Assembly: GCA_964474975.1 (NCBI GenBank)
Contig: CAYYUX010000001.1
Span: 465 to 64,464, forward strand
DNA length: 64,000 nucleotides
Origin: an uncultured Thermodesulfobacteriota bacterium
GTDB lineage: Bacteria > Desulfobacterota > GWC2-55-46 > JADFVP01
Direction of reading: 5' to 3'
The notes beneath the pieces were generated by a model that saw only the letters and a list, made by a program, of their open reading frames with translations, was not told the origin of the DNA and did not search any database. Positions within the stretch are counted from its first letter, which is position 1. The number at the start of each line of letters is the position of its first letter. Shown in pieces: positions 1 to 8,508 of this stretch. Both the position numbers and the translations under genes were made by a program.

Positions 1-15
1 CGCGCAAAAAAGGCC

Positions 16-567
16 ATGAAGGCGCTGAGGCACACCCTGCCCCTGCAGATTCTTGTGACCATGGGCTGGTGCGATGCCAATAACATTACGCTCAAGGTGC
101 TTAAGGCCCTCTCAGGGCTGAAAGACATTCAGATTACCGTTGTCCTTGGCCCGGATTACGCCTTTACGAAGACAATGGAGTCCTTTCAAACATTAAAAAA
201 TATTACATTCCGCCATAAGGTTAAGGATATGGCCCCTCTTATGGCCTCATCGCATATCGCCTTCACGGCCCTTGGCACTACGGTCTACGAGCTTGCCTTT
301 ATGGGTGTGCCGCCGATTATCATATCCAATTACAGAGATGATGAGAAGGACCTGGCGGCGCTACGAAAACTCAATGCAGGGGTGTCTCTCGGTTTTTACG
401 GGGGCGTCTCCGATGAGCTGATACGAGGCGCGGCCACGAGGTTTATTGAGGACGCATGGTACTGGCGCGAGGTCTCGTCGAAGGCGTCGAGGCTTACAGA
501 TGGGAGGGGCGCATGGAGAATCGCCTCAATCATCGCGGAACTCTATGGACGGAGGGCACGCTCATGA
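16..567 (+). CDS. Probable C-terminal part of a PseG-like UDP-sugar hydrolase (glycosyltransferase family 28 C-terminal domain); 5' end outside window, the ATG at 16 is probably internal
   Basis: Translation (…IAFTALGTTVYELAFMGVPPIIIS…LAALRKLNAGVSLG…) resembles the nucleotide-sugar-binding C-terminal half of MurG/PseG-type enzymes. Its stop overlaps the next gene's start (ATGA at 564-567). Context is a flagellin glycosylation operon ending in maf. Confidence 0.45.
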   Translation: MKALRHTLPLQILVTMGWCDANNITLKVLKALSGLKDIQITVVLGPDYAFTKTMESFQTLKNITFRHKVKDMAPLMASSHIAFTALGTTVYELAFMGVPPIIISNYRDDEKDLAALRKLNAGVSLGFYGGVSDELIRGAATRFIEDAWYWREVSSKASRLTDGRGAWRIASIIAELYGRRARS

Positions 568-1514
568 GAGGCGGCGATAACACCGCGATGGCCGTAGAGA
601 GGCTTCACAATGGCCCGTCATTGGGAGCCCATAAGGGCTACAGGGTAGTGGATTGTCTGGAGTGCGGTTTTGCGCATATTTTACCACTGCCTCCGCCTGA
701 GGAGCTTGATAGGATCTACAGGGATGAGTACTTCACTCTGGAAAAGCCTGATTTTATCCGATACGCGCGCGAGGACAGAGAGTGGTGGAATGTTGTTTAT
801 GACGAACGCCTCGATGGATTTGAATCAATGCTTTCAGGCGGCAAGAAGAGATTATTGGACGTTGGATGCGGGCCGGGTTTTTTTCTTAAGAGGGCGGCAA
901 AGAGGGGTTGGCGATGCCTCGGCGTGGAACCATCTAAAGAGGCCTCAGCCCATGCGAAAGGCCTCGGTGTAAATGTTATCAACGGGTTTTTCAATGGCAG
1001 GACCATGGGGGAAGAGGGCCTTGCCTATGATGCCGTGCATATCTCCGAGGTCCTTGAACACGTAGCCGACCCGCTGGCCGTCCTTGAGGATGTATATGGA
1101 CTCCTTGACGACGGAGGTCTTGTATGCGCCGTCTCGCCAAATGACTTCAGCCCCGTACAGAAGGTGCTACGCAGAAGGCTCGGTCATAAGCCCTATTGGA
1201 TATCCGTGCCTCATCACATCAATTATTTTTCCTTTGAGAGCATGAAGGCCTTATTGATTAGGGCGGGTTTTTCCATAGCTCGCGTAAGGGCCACCTTTCC
1301 AATGGATTTTTTTCTCCTCATGGGTAAGGACTACGTAGGTGACGATGCCCTCGGCAGGGAGTGTCATAAAATGAGAACAAGGCTCGACATCATGCTGACC
1401 GACCCCGGGCTCAAGGGCTTTAAGGACGAGATGTACGCCCTTATGGCGTCTCATAATATAGGCAGGGAATTCGTGATTTATGGAGTCAAGGGGAGAGTCG
1501 GAATAAAAGGATAA
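564..1514 (+). CDS. Class I SAM-dependent methyltransferase with an N-terminal Cys-x-x-Cys/His segment
   Basis: Motif I LLDVGCGPGFF and post-I acidic residue, plus motif II/III (LAYDAVHISEVLEHVADP, LLDDGGLV). N-terminal 'YRVVDCLECGFAHILP' resembles the small zinc-binding module of sugar C/O-methyltransferases. The start at 564 overlaps the upstream stop by 4 nt; the ORF tool's longer start at 456 lies inside the upstream gene. Confidence 0.7.
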   Translation: MRGGDNTAMAVERLHNGPSLGAHKGYRVVDCLECGFAHILPLPPPEELDRIYRDEYFTLEKPDFIRYAREDREWWNVVYDERLDGFESMLSGGKKRLLDVGCGPGFFLKRAAKRGWRCLGVEPSKEASAHAKGLGVNVINGFFNGRTMGEEGLAYDAVHISEVLEHVADPLAVLEDVYGLLDDGGLVCAVSPNDFSPVQKVLRRRLGHKPYWISVPHHINYFSFESMKALLIRAGFSIARVRATFPMDFFLLMGKDYVGDDALGRECHKMRTRLDIMLTDPGLKGFKDEMYALMASHNIGREFVIYGVKGRVGIKG

Positions 1515-1525
1515 AAGGAGGGGTA

Positions 1526-2791
1526 ATGGGGGAGGTAATAGTAATGCTGCCGGAATCACTTCCCGTGGCAATCCCGCTTGTTGAGTATGTCTTCGGCAGG
1601 GAGGGCGGCAAGGCAGTGGATTTACTGATACTTGAGAAGCAGAGGGAGACCTTTGGAGATCTTATAGGGCAGTATGCGTTCAGAAAGGTATATGTCCTTG
1701 ACGAGGAGTACTACGGCGGCCTGAAAGACCCCGCCTCCCTTGCGTTTATGAGAAATAAGGCGATAAACCCTTACGATACCTCATATTTCCCTGTTAATAC
1801 CTTCAGGGCCAACGCCTTTCTCTTCGGCTCCATCATAGCGGGCGAGGCTCTTGCCGTCAACTCATCGTTATTTAACGTGAGAGAGAGCCTCCCCGAGACA
1901 ACATGCTCCCTTAATGAAGTTAAGATGCCCGATAGCTCTATTCCATGGGCGGCTGAAATCGCTACGATTCGCGCGGTTCTCGCCGAGATTATCCATACCC
2001 TTTCCCCCATGGAGGATACGCTGAAGGTCTCGGGGGAGCGGCCGAACCTCGGCATCCTCAAGGGCTTCGGCCATGACCTTGAGATATTCATGAAGTACGC
2101 ATACGGGATAGGTCCGGCCCGCGGCGCGCGGGTCCTTGATATCGGCGGCGGGCTTGGGTACGGGTCCTATCTACTCTCAAAATTCGCCGAAGAGGTCGTC
2201 TTTCTTGACAGGTCGGCTGAGACCACGGACTTTGTGATGGGAACATGGGCCGCCATCGCGCCGAACCTGAAGGCTGTATGCGGCGAGGCCTCGGATTTAA
2301 AGGGGTCTTACGGGGAGTTTGATACTATTTTTTTAATGGACGTCATAGAGCATGTGGAAGACCCGAAAGGGCTGTTACGGGACGTCAAGTCTCTGCTGAA
2401 GCCCGGCGGCACGCTCGTCCTCAGCACGCCTGAGGAGGATTATTACCCTTACCGGGTATGCCCGGCGGAGCGGCGCGGCGAGGCCGAGGCCGCGCTCATA
2501 GGCGATGCTATCTGGCCGTGGCACATACAGGGCCTCGGAGAGGCGGCTATGATGCCCATGCTCAAGAACTCCGGTTTTGAGGTGATAGAGAAAAGCTATC
2601 TTACCTACGTAAAGGGCCATGAGATAAAGAAAAGGCTTCGTACAGCGAGACAGTGCCAAGACTCTTTCGCCCTTTTCAAGGCGGCTGAGGATATAACAAA
2701 ATGGGATGTCGATGATTTCGGCCTTACAGCCATGCGGGACCCGTGTTTCTCGGCCGCGTCATATAACGTAGTTGCTAAAAAGGAGGCATAG
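1526..2791 (+). CDS. Two-domain protein: about 170-aa N-terminal domain of unknown function fused to a class I SAM-dependent methyltransferase
   Basis: C-terminal half has VLDIGGGLGYGSYLL (motif I), FDTIFLMDVIEHVEDP and LKPGGTLVLSTP. RBS AAGGAGGGG lies 4-5 nt upstream of the ATG at 1526 (alternative ATG at 1544). Confidence 0.65.
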   Translation: MGEVIVMLPESLPVAIPLVEYVFGREGGKAVDLLILEKQRETFGDLIGQYAFRKVYVLDEEYYGGLKDPASLAFMRNKAINPYDTSYFPVNTFRANAFLFGSIIAGEALAVNSSLFNVRESLPETTCSLNEVKMPDSSIPWAAEIATIRAVLAEIIHTLSPMEDTLKVSGERPNLGILKGFGHDLEIFMKYAYGIGPARGARVLDIGGGLGYGSYLLSKFAEEVVFLDRSAETTDFVMGTWAAIAPNLKAVCGEASDLKGSYGEFDTIFLMDVIEHVEDPKGLLRDVKSLLKPGGTLVLSTPEEDYYPYRVCPAERRGEAEAALIGDAIWPWHIQGLGEAAMMPMLKNSGFEVIEKSYLTYVKGHEIKKRLRTARQCQDSFALFKAAEDITKWDVDDFGLTAMRDPCFSAASYNVVAKKEA

Positions 2792-3883
2792 GTGCGGACA
2801 AGGGCGGCCGTGCTGGAAAAAAAGGACGCTCCACTGGTTATAAGGAAGATAGAGGTGGGCCTGCCGGGACCCGATGAGGTCCTTGTGAAGATGGATATGG
2901 CGGGGCTCTGCAGGAGCGACCTTAACGCCATTACAGGGCATACAAGATACAATATGCCCCTTGTCCTCGGTCACGAGGGTGCAGGCACGGTGGTGGATAC
3001 GGGCCGTAATGTCATTGGATTCAAAAGCGGAGACACCGTGGCCCTGAGCTGGGCCGCCTATTGCGGGAGATGCTATTTCTGCGAGCGCGGTGAGTCGCAT
3101 CTCTGTCATACCGTGGCGTGGCCGCGAGGCAGGGGTTTTCTCCCCGATGGGACTACGAGGTTTCGGGGCGGGAAGGCCGAGAAAATATATCACTTTAACG
3201 GCGTATCGTCTTTTAGCGAGTATACCGTTGTACACAAGACGAGTTGTGTGCCCACCCCGAAGGCCCTGCCTCTCTACGTTAGCGCGGCAACGGGGTGTTC
3301 TGTTGTAACGGCCATTGGAGCCGTATTCAGGACTGCCGGGCCATACCTTAAGAGCAACGCCACTGTTATGGTGGTTGGAGGCGGCAGTGTTGGGGCGGCC
3401 CTGTTGCAGGCCCTGAGGCTCAGGGGCGCGGGCAGGATTATCCTCATTGAAAAAGATGAAAAGAAGTGGAAGGCCCTGCCGGCGGATTACTATGCGCCGA
3501 GTATCGTATCTTTTGATATGGAGAGGCATACGTCAGGTATGGGCGTTGATATATGTTTTGACTGCGTGGCCTCAAAGGAGACTATAGAAAGGTCCATGGG
3601 GGCCGTTAGAAGGGGCGGAACGGTTGTAATGGTCGGCGCCCCTCATCCGAACTTGAAGATAGGGCTTAAGGCCGTTGATTTTCATCTTGAGAAGAGGCTC
3701 ATTGGTTCGCTTTACGGCTCATCAAATCCCCAAAGGGATATGCCCATGGTATTTGATTTTTACAAGAGGGGACTGCTTGACCTTAATGCCTCACGCGCGG
3801 AGACATACGGCCTTGGCGATATAAACCTTGCCGTTGAATCTCTTCGGGAGAAGGGCGGTAAATTCATCATAACATTTGATTGA
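2792..3883 (+). CDS. Zn-dependent alcohol dehydrogenase (MDR superfamily), GTG start
   Basis: Catalytic Zn ligands in CRSDL…GHEGAG, structural Zn Cys cluster CGRCYFCERGESHLC, and Rossmann motif VVGGGSVGAALLQA. Start abuts the previous stop (2789-2791 TAG, then GTG). Confidence 0.75.
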   Translation: MRTRAAVLEKKDAPLVIRKIEVGLPGPDEVLVKMDMAGLCRSDLNAITGHTRYNMPLVLGHEGAGTVVDTGRNVIGFKSGDTVALSWAAYCGRCYFCERGESHLCHTVAWPRGRGFLPDGTTRFRGGKAEKIYHFNGVSSFSEYTVVHKTSCVPTPKALPLYVSAATGCSVVTAIGAVFRTAGPYLKSNATVMVVGGGSVGAALLQALRLRGAGRIILIEKDEKKWKALPADYYAPSIVSFDMERHTSGMGVDICFDCVASKETIERSMGAVRRGGTVVMVGAPHPNLKIGLKAVDFHLEKRLIGSLYGSSNPQRDMPMVFDFYKRGLLDLNASRAETYGLGDINLAVESLREKGGKFIITFD

Positions 3884-3943
3884 AAGGCGGAAGCTCCGTC
3901 ATGAGGACGGTTGATGTTTTGTTTAAAAAAAAGGAGGACTCTT

Positions 3944-4636
3944 ATGAGGTTATTTCTCGATACAGCTGATATTAAAGAGATAAAAAAGGCAAAGTCGTGG
4001 GGGGTGTTAAGCGGTATAACGACAAATCCATCTATAATCGCGAGGCAGAAAAGAGATTTTCTCTCCCTTGCGAGAGAGATATGCGAGCTTGTTTATCCCA
4101 ATCCCGTGAGCCTTGAGGTCGTGGAGCGAGAGGCCGGTCCAATGGCGGATCAGGCCAGAAGGCTCGCCGAGATTTCGCGCAACGTCGTGGTTAAGCTTCC
4201 TGCCAATCCCGCCGGCATGGAGGCCTTGAACCTTATCCGCGGAGAGTCCATAAAGACGAACCTTACCCTTATCTTTTCTCCGACGCAGGCCCTGCTTGCC
4301 GCCATGGCCGGGGCTACTTTCATCAGCCCCTTTATAGGCAGGCTTGAGGACAGGGGCTATAACGGGCTCGGACTTATACGTGAGCTTATGGAGGCCTTTT
4401 CGCACCATGATACGGAGACGGAGGTCATCGCCGCGAGCATCCGTGACCCTCATCAGATAGTGGAGATAGCAAGGGCCGGTGTTCAGATAGCCACCGTGCC
4501 CTTTGTAGTGCTTGAGAAGATGCTCCTTAACAATATGACGGATATGGACCTTGAGAAGTTTTTAAAAGACTGGGAGGAGGTGCCGGGTCGTGAGCATGCC
4601 TTTAGAGAAGATATCAGAAAGGCCGCTGGAGCTTAG
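3944..4636 (+). CDS. Transaldolase / fructose-6-phosphate aldolase family (TalC/MipB-like small transaldolase)
   Basis: MRLFLDTADIKEI…SGITTNPSI…VVKLPANPAGMEAL…TLIFSPTQALLAAMAGATFISPFIGRLED are the hallmark blocks of the about 215-aa transaldolase/FSA family. Good RBS (AAGGAGG) upstream of the ATG at 3944. The tool's 3911 start is probably an artefactual extension. Confidence 0.7.
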   Translation: MRLFLDTADIKEIKKAKSWGVLSGITTNPSIIARQKRDFLSLAREICELVYPNPVSLEVVEREAGPMADQARRLAEISRNVVVKLPANPAGMEALNLIRGESIKTNLTLIFSPTQALLAAMAGATFISPFIGRLEDRGYNGLGLIRELMEAFSHHDTETEVIAASIRDPHQIVEIARAGVQIATVPFVVLEKMLLNNMTDMDLEKFLKDWEEVPGREHAFREDIRKAAGA

Positions 4637-5639
4637 GGCGGCCGTATTTAAGGGACCCGGGGAGCTTGGCATAAGGCGATGTAGCTTCGCGGGGATTAAA
4701 AAGAACGAGGTCCTTGTCTCTATAAAGGCATGCGGTATATGCGGGAGCGACCTTAATATTTTTCACAGGGATCCTCCTGTGCCCATGTACTGGGCGGGCC
4801 ATGAGATAAGCGGCGTCGTCGCGGAGCTTGGCCCCGGTGTAAGGGGTCTTAAGCGGGGTGCCCGCGTGTGCCTGTCTCCCCTTGTGCCATGCATGAGGTG
4901 CCGTCCCTGCAGGAGCGGCCGCGATAATCTCTGCGAGAACTCCACTTTTGTTAGTTTTAACCGGCCCGGCGGGTTTGCCGATATGGTGGCCCTGTCTGCC
5001 TCCAATGTCTTTGAGATACCTGAGGGAATGGGTTTTACGGAAGCCGTGCTCGTCGAGCCCTTTGCCGACGCCCTGCACGCCATATCCGTGGCAGGGAGGA
5101 TGGCAGGTAAAAGGGCGCTCGTAATAGGTTGCGGCACCCTGGGGCTGCTTACCGTCAAGGCCCTTTGTCTTGAGGGGGCTTCGTCTGTGAGCGTGCTTGG
5201 CAGATACCCTTACCAGAGAGAACACGCCCTGTCCATGGGGGCGGATAGGGCCATGGACCCGGAAGACGCCGCCTCGGGACTGCGTGACAAGGGACCCTTT
5301 GATGTGGTCTTTGAGACTGCGGGAGGCTTTGGGAGCGACTCCATTACATTGTCCATAGAGGCCCTTGCGGGCAGAGGCATAATGGTCCTATCAGGCGTGC
5401 ACTACAATACGCCGCGCATGAACCTCAAGGACCTTACAGAGAAGGAGATTCAGATAAGGGGCGCTCAGCGTTACAGAAAGAAAGACTTTAATATGGCCCT
5501 TGCCCATTTTGCCTCTGGAAAGGTAGAGGCGCGGGGGCTGATAACCCACAGAGTGAGCCTTGAAGACATTATGGAGGGCTTTGATATCGCCTTCCATAAA
5601 AAGCAGACAAAGGCCGTAAAGGTGGTGGTATGTCCGTGA
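4590..5639 (+). CDS. Zn-dependent alcohol/polyol dehydrogenase (threonine/sorbitol dehydrogenase-like MDR)
   Basis: CGICGSDLNIF…GHEISGVV catalytic Zn site, structural Zn CMRCRPCRSGRDNLC, and nucleotide fold LVIGCGTLGLL. 5' end overlaps the aldolase gene by about 45 nt; exact start is uncertain (ATG 4590 or 4596). Confidence 0.7.
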   Translation: MSMPLEKISERPLELRAAVFKGPGELGIRRCSFAGIKKNEVLVSIKACGICGSDLNIFHRDPPVPMYWAGHEISGVVAELGPGVRGLKRGARVCLSPLVPCMRCRPCRSGRDNLCENSTFVSFNRPGGFADMVALSASNVFEIPEGMGFTEAVLVEPFADALHAISVAGRMAGKRALVIGCGTLGLLTVKALCLEGASSVSVLGRYPYQREHALSMGADRAMDPEDAASGLRDKGPFDVVFETAGGFGSDSITLSIEALAGRGIMVLSGVHYNTPRMNLKDLTEKEIQIRGAQRYRKKDFNMALAHFASGKVEARGLITHRVSLEDIMEGFDIAFHKKQTKAVKVVVCP

Positions 5640-6880
5640 ATGTAGCAGGGAAAAAAATACTTGTAATATCAGGGGGCGTAGAGGCCCTGCCCATCATTGA
5701 GAAGGCAATTGATATGGGCCTTTATGTCCTTGTATCTGACGGCGATATGTCTGCCCCGGGCCTTGCCCTTGCCCATGAGGCAATTATCGCCAGCACATAC
5801 GACGCGGAAAAGACCCTGGAGCTTGCCCGTTCCACGGACCCCAACAGGCGTATAGCGGGCGTTATATCGGCGGCCGCCGATGTGCCCCGAACCGTTGCCC
5901 TCGTGGCCGATGCCCTGGGGCTCCCGGGGCCTTCACCCCGCTCGGCGCTCCTTGCAGGCAACAAGTTTCTTATGAAGATGGCCTTTAAGGATATGGGGCT
6001 GGCCGTGCCGTGGTTTGCCATGATAAACGGCCCTGACGATTTAAAGGCCCTTACACGCGGCTCGGCCAAGGCCTTTGTTGTAAAACCCGTTGACAGCCGG
6101 GGCGCGCGCGGTGTAATTCGGCTTACGAAGGATGTTGACTGCGGATGGGCCTTTTTTGAGGCAAAAAAGAACGCGCCATCAGGCGCTGTAATGGTCGAGG
6201 AATGGATAGACGGGATACAACTCAGCACAGAGTCCGTTGTGGCCGGGGGGACCGTGGCCACACCGGGATTATCTGAGAGAAATTACGAGTATATCGAGAG
6301 GTTCGCCCCATATGTCATAGAAAACGGCGGCGACCTTCCGGCCCGTCTTGAAGAGCAGACACTCAAGGCCCTCAACGAGCTGATACTCGGCGCGGCGCGT
6401 GCCTTTGGCATTGATGACTGGACCATAAAAGGCGATATCGTCTTGAGCGATAAAGGCCCCGTCATCATAGAGGCCGCGCCGAGGCTGAGCGGCGGTTATT
6501 TCTGCACTCACACCATACCCCTCTCATCGGGCGTCGATATTGTCGAGGCGGCCATACTGCTCGCGTTGGGCATAAAAGTATCTGTAGCGGATTACAACCC
6601 CAAATTCACCAAATTCATCTCGCAGAGGTTCTGGTTCCCCGAAGAAGGGCTCGTTAAAGAGGTATGCCGAAAATCGGGCCTTGAGTCCATGGCCGGGCTT
6701 GAGATGATGAGACTGCATGTGAGAGAAGGCGATACCATCTCTCCCATGGTCTCGCATCCGTCCCGGGCCGGGATGGTTATCACATCAGGGCGCTCAAGAG
6801 AGGAGGCCGTGGCCCGGGCAAGCGATGCCATCTCCGCTGTGAAAATAATAACTGAAAAACCCATGAGGATGGCGCGGTGA
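5630..6880 (+). CDS. ATP-grasp domain ligase (carboxylate-amine ligase type)
   Basis: N-terminal pre-ATP-grasp Rossmann-like region (KILVISGG…), central ATP-grasp fold (…AFVVKPVDSRGARGVIRL…MVEEWIDGIQLSTE…) and a C-terminal substrate domain. Start overlaps the upstream stop (ATG…TGA overlap at 5630-5639). Confidence 0.65.
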   Translation: MSVNVAGKKILVISGGVEALPIIEKAIDMGLYVLVSDGDMSAPGLALAHEAIIASTYDAEKTLELARSTDPNRRIAGVISAAADVPRTVALVADALGLPGPSPRSALLAGNKFLMKMAFKDMGLAVPWFAMINGPDDLKALTRGSAKAFVVKPVDSRGARGVIRLTKDVDCGWAFFEAKKNAPSGAVMVEEWIDGIQLSTESVVAGGTVATPGLSERNYEYIERFAPYVIENGGDLPARLEEQTLKALNELILGAARAFGIDDWTIKGDIVLSDKGPVIIEAAPRLSGGYFCTHTIPLSSGVDIVEAAILLALGIKVSVADYNPKFTKFISQRFWFPEEGLVKEVCRKSGLESMAGLEMMRLHVREGDTISPMVSHPSRAGMVITSGRSREEAVARASDAISAVKIITEKPMRMAR

Positions 6881-8478
6881 TGATAAAGAGAATACTCCTT
6901 CTTCAGCCTAATATGAAGATAGCCACCTCGGGCCAGCGCATAGTCTATCCGCCCATGGGTATCCTCTATCTTGCCTCCGTGCTTGAGGTCGAAGGTTACA
7001 CTGTAGCAATACTCGATTGTCAGACAGAGGGCCTCGATAGAGATGCGCCTCTGCGCGGCGGTTATGTGGATGTAGGCATCCCCATGGAAGAGATTGGCGC
7101 GAGGATTTTAAAGTTCAAACCGGACCTTGTCGGCATAAGCTGTAATTTTTCCGTAATGGTCGGCTCCATGAACGAGACGGCAAGACTCGTCAAGGAGCTT
7201 TTGCCGTCTGCCGTAGTGGTGGCGGGAGGCAATCACCCCACTTCCATGGCAGAGGAGGTTATGGAAAACCAGGCCATAGATTTTGTCCTGAAGGGTGAGG
7301 CCGAGCTATCATTTCCCGCCCTTCTTGCCGCCATGGAAGGGGATTGCGGGGGCTGTGAAGACTGCGATTGCGGCAAGGAGAGCAAAAAGAGTAGCGGCAG
7401 TAATGAGGATAATGATAAGGATGTCAGCGAGCCTCTTGCCTATAGTGCCGTGCCGGGCCTTGTCTGGAGAGATGGCGGCGTTGTGGTAAGTAACGCTCAG
7501 GGACCTTTTATTAAAGACCTCGATTCGTTGCCCTTTCCGGCGTGGCATCTTTTTCCATACGAAAAATATTCCAGCTTCTATAAACCCAAAAAAGTCACCT
7601 GGGGTCAGCCGCAGGCCATGCCCACGGTTCTTACAACGCGGGGATGCGCCGGCACATGCGTTTTCTGCTCAGTACACAGGACCATGGGAAGAAAATTCCG
7701 GGCGAGAAAGCTTGACGAGGTCTTTCGTGAGATAAGGTTTCTTGTAGATACATACAAGATAAGAAAACTCATGATAATAGACGACAACTTCACCCATGAC
7801 AGGGCGCGGGCAAAGGAGTTCTGCGATGAGTTCAAGAGGCAGGGCTTTAATATTGAGATACACTTCATGGTTCTTGCCCTCTGGTGCATGGACGAGGAGC
7901 TTATAGATAAACTCGTGGAGATAGGATGCGTCTCAATGGGTTTTGCCATAGAGTCCGGCGTGCAGGACGTGCTTACAAAGGTTGTTAAAAAACCCCTTAA
8001 GCTTACAAGGGCCATGGAGGTCCTTCGCTACGCAAAGAAGCAGGGCGTCTTTCTTACGGGGACCTTTGTCATAGGACTTCCCGGTGAGACTAAAAAAGAC
8101 ATCAGAAGGTCGCTCTACATGGCGAACTACAGCGGTCTCTTTGATAGCAGAGAGATTTATATCGCTACGCCCCTGCCCGGCACGGAGCTCTTCGGCAGGT
8201 GTGAGAGCGAGGGGCTATTCGCCGAGGGCTTCAGCTACGATAGGCTTGAGGTGGTAAAACCCAATATCACGACAGGGGATTTTACCGCAGGTTACATCGA
8301 GACAATAGTCGAAGCCGACAGGACTCATCACCTTATAAAGTCCAACCCTGCACATGCCCCGCATTATATAGCCGACGTTTGGCGGCGAAAGAGGCCCATT
8401 TTCATGAACGTCCTTTTTGAGACATCAGGCATGTTCATAAAATACGATCTACTTAAGATGAAGGAGAGCTATCCGTGA
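6877..8478 (+). CDS. B12 (cobalamin)-binding radical SAM enzyme
   Basis: N-terminal B12-binding domain pattern (ILLLQPN…PPMGILYLASVLEVEGYTVAILDC…GISCNFSV…VVVAGGNHPT), then a radical-SAM cluster motif CAGTCVFC (CxxxCxxC). Contains an unusual Cys/Asp-rich insert GDCGGCEDCDCGKESKKSSGSNEDNDKD. ATGA overlap with the upstream gene. Confidence 0.7.
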   Translation: MMIKRILLLQPNMKIATSGQRIVYPPMGILYLASVLEVEGYTVAILDCQTEGLDRDAPLRGGYVDVGIPMEEIGARILKFKPDLVGISCNFSVMVGSMNETARLVKELLPSAVVVAGGNHPTSMAEEVMENQAIDFVLKGEAELSFPALLAAMEGDCGGCEDCDCGKESKKSSGSNEDNDKDVSEPLAYSAVPGLVWRDGGVVVSNAQGPFIKDLDSLPFPAWHLFPYEKYSSFYKPKKVTWGQPQAMPTVLTTRGCAGTCVFCSVHRTMGRKFRARKLDEVFREIRFLVDTYKIRKLMIIDDNFTHDRARAKEFCDEFKRQGFNIEIHFMVLALWCMDEELIDKLVEIGCVSMGFAIESGVQDVLTKVVKKPLKLTRAMEVLRYAKKQGVFLTGTFVIGLPGETKKDIRRSLYMANYSGLFDSREIYIATPLPGTELFGRCESEGLFAEGFSYDRLEVVKPNITTGDFTAGYIETIVEADRTHHLIKSNPAHAPHYIADVWRRKRPIFMNVLFETSGMFIKYDLLKMKESYP

Positions 8479-8508
8479 TACAGGGCTTTTTATCGGGGGG
8501 ATTATAAG

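Noticed and set aside
2759-3529. Long antisense ORFs overlapping confident genes (e.g. 2759-3529 -, 17702-18151 -, 18000-18749 +, 40739-41452 -, 42733-43323 -, 45450-46199 -, 63098-63775 -)
   Set aside because: They are fully embedded opposite strongly conserved flagellar/enzyme genes, lack RBSs and recognisable motifs, and have Arg/Pro/Ser/His-rich compositions typical of spurious ORFs in GC-rich DNA.
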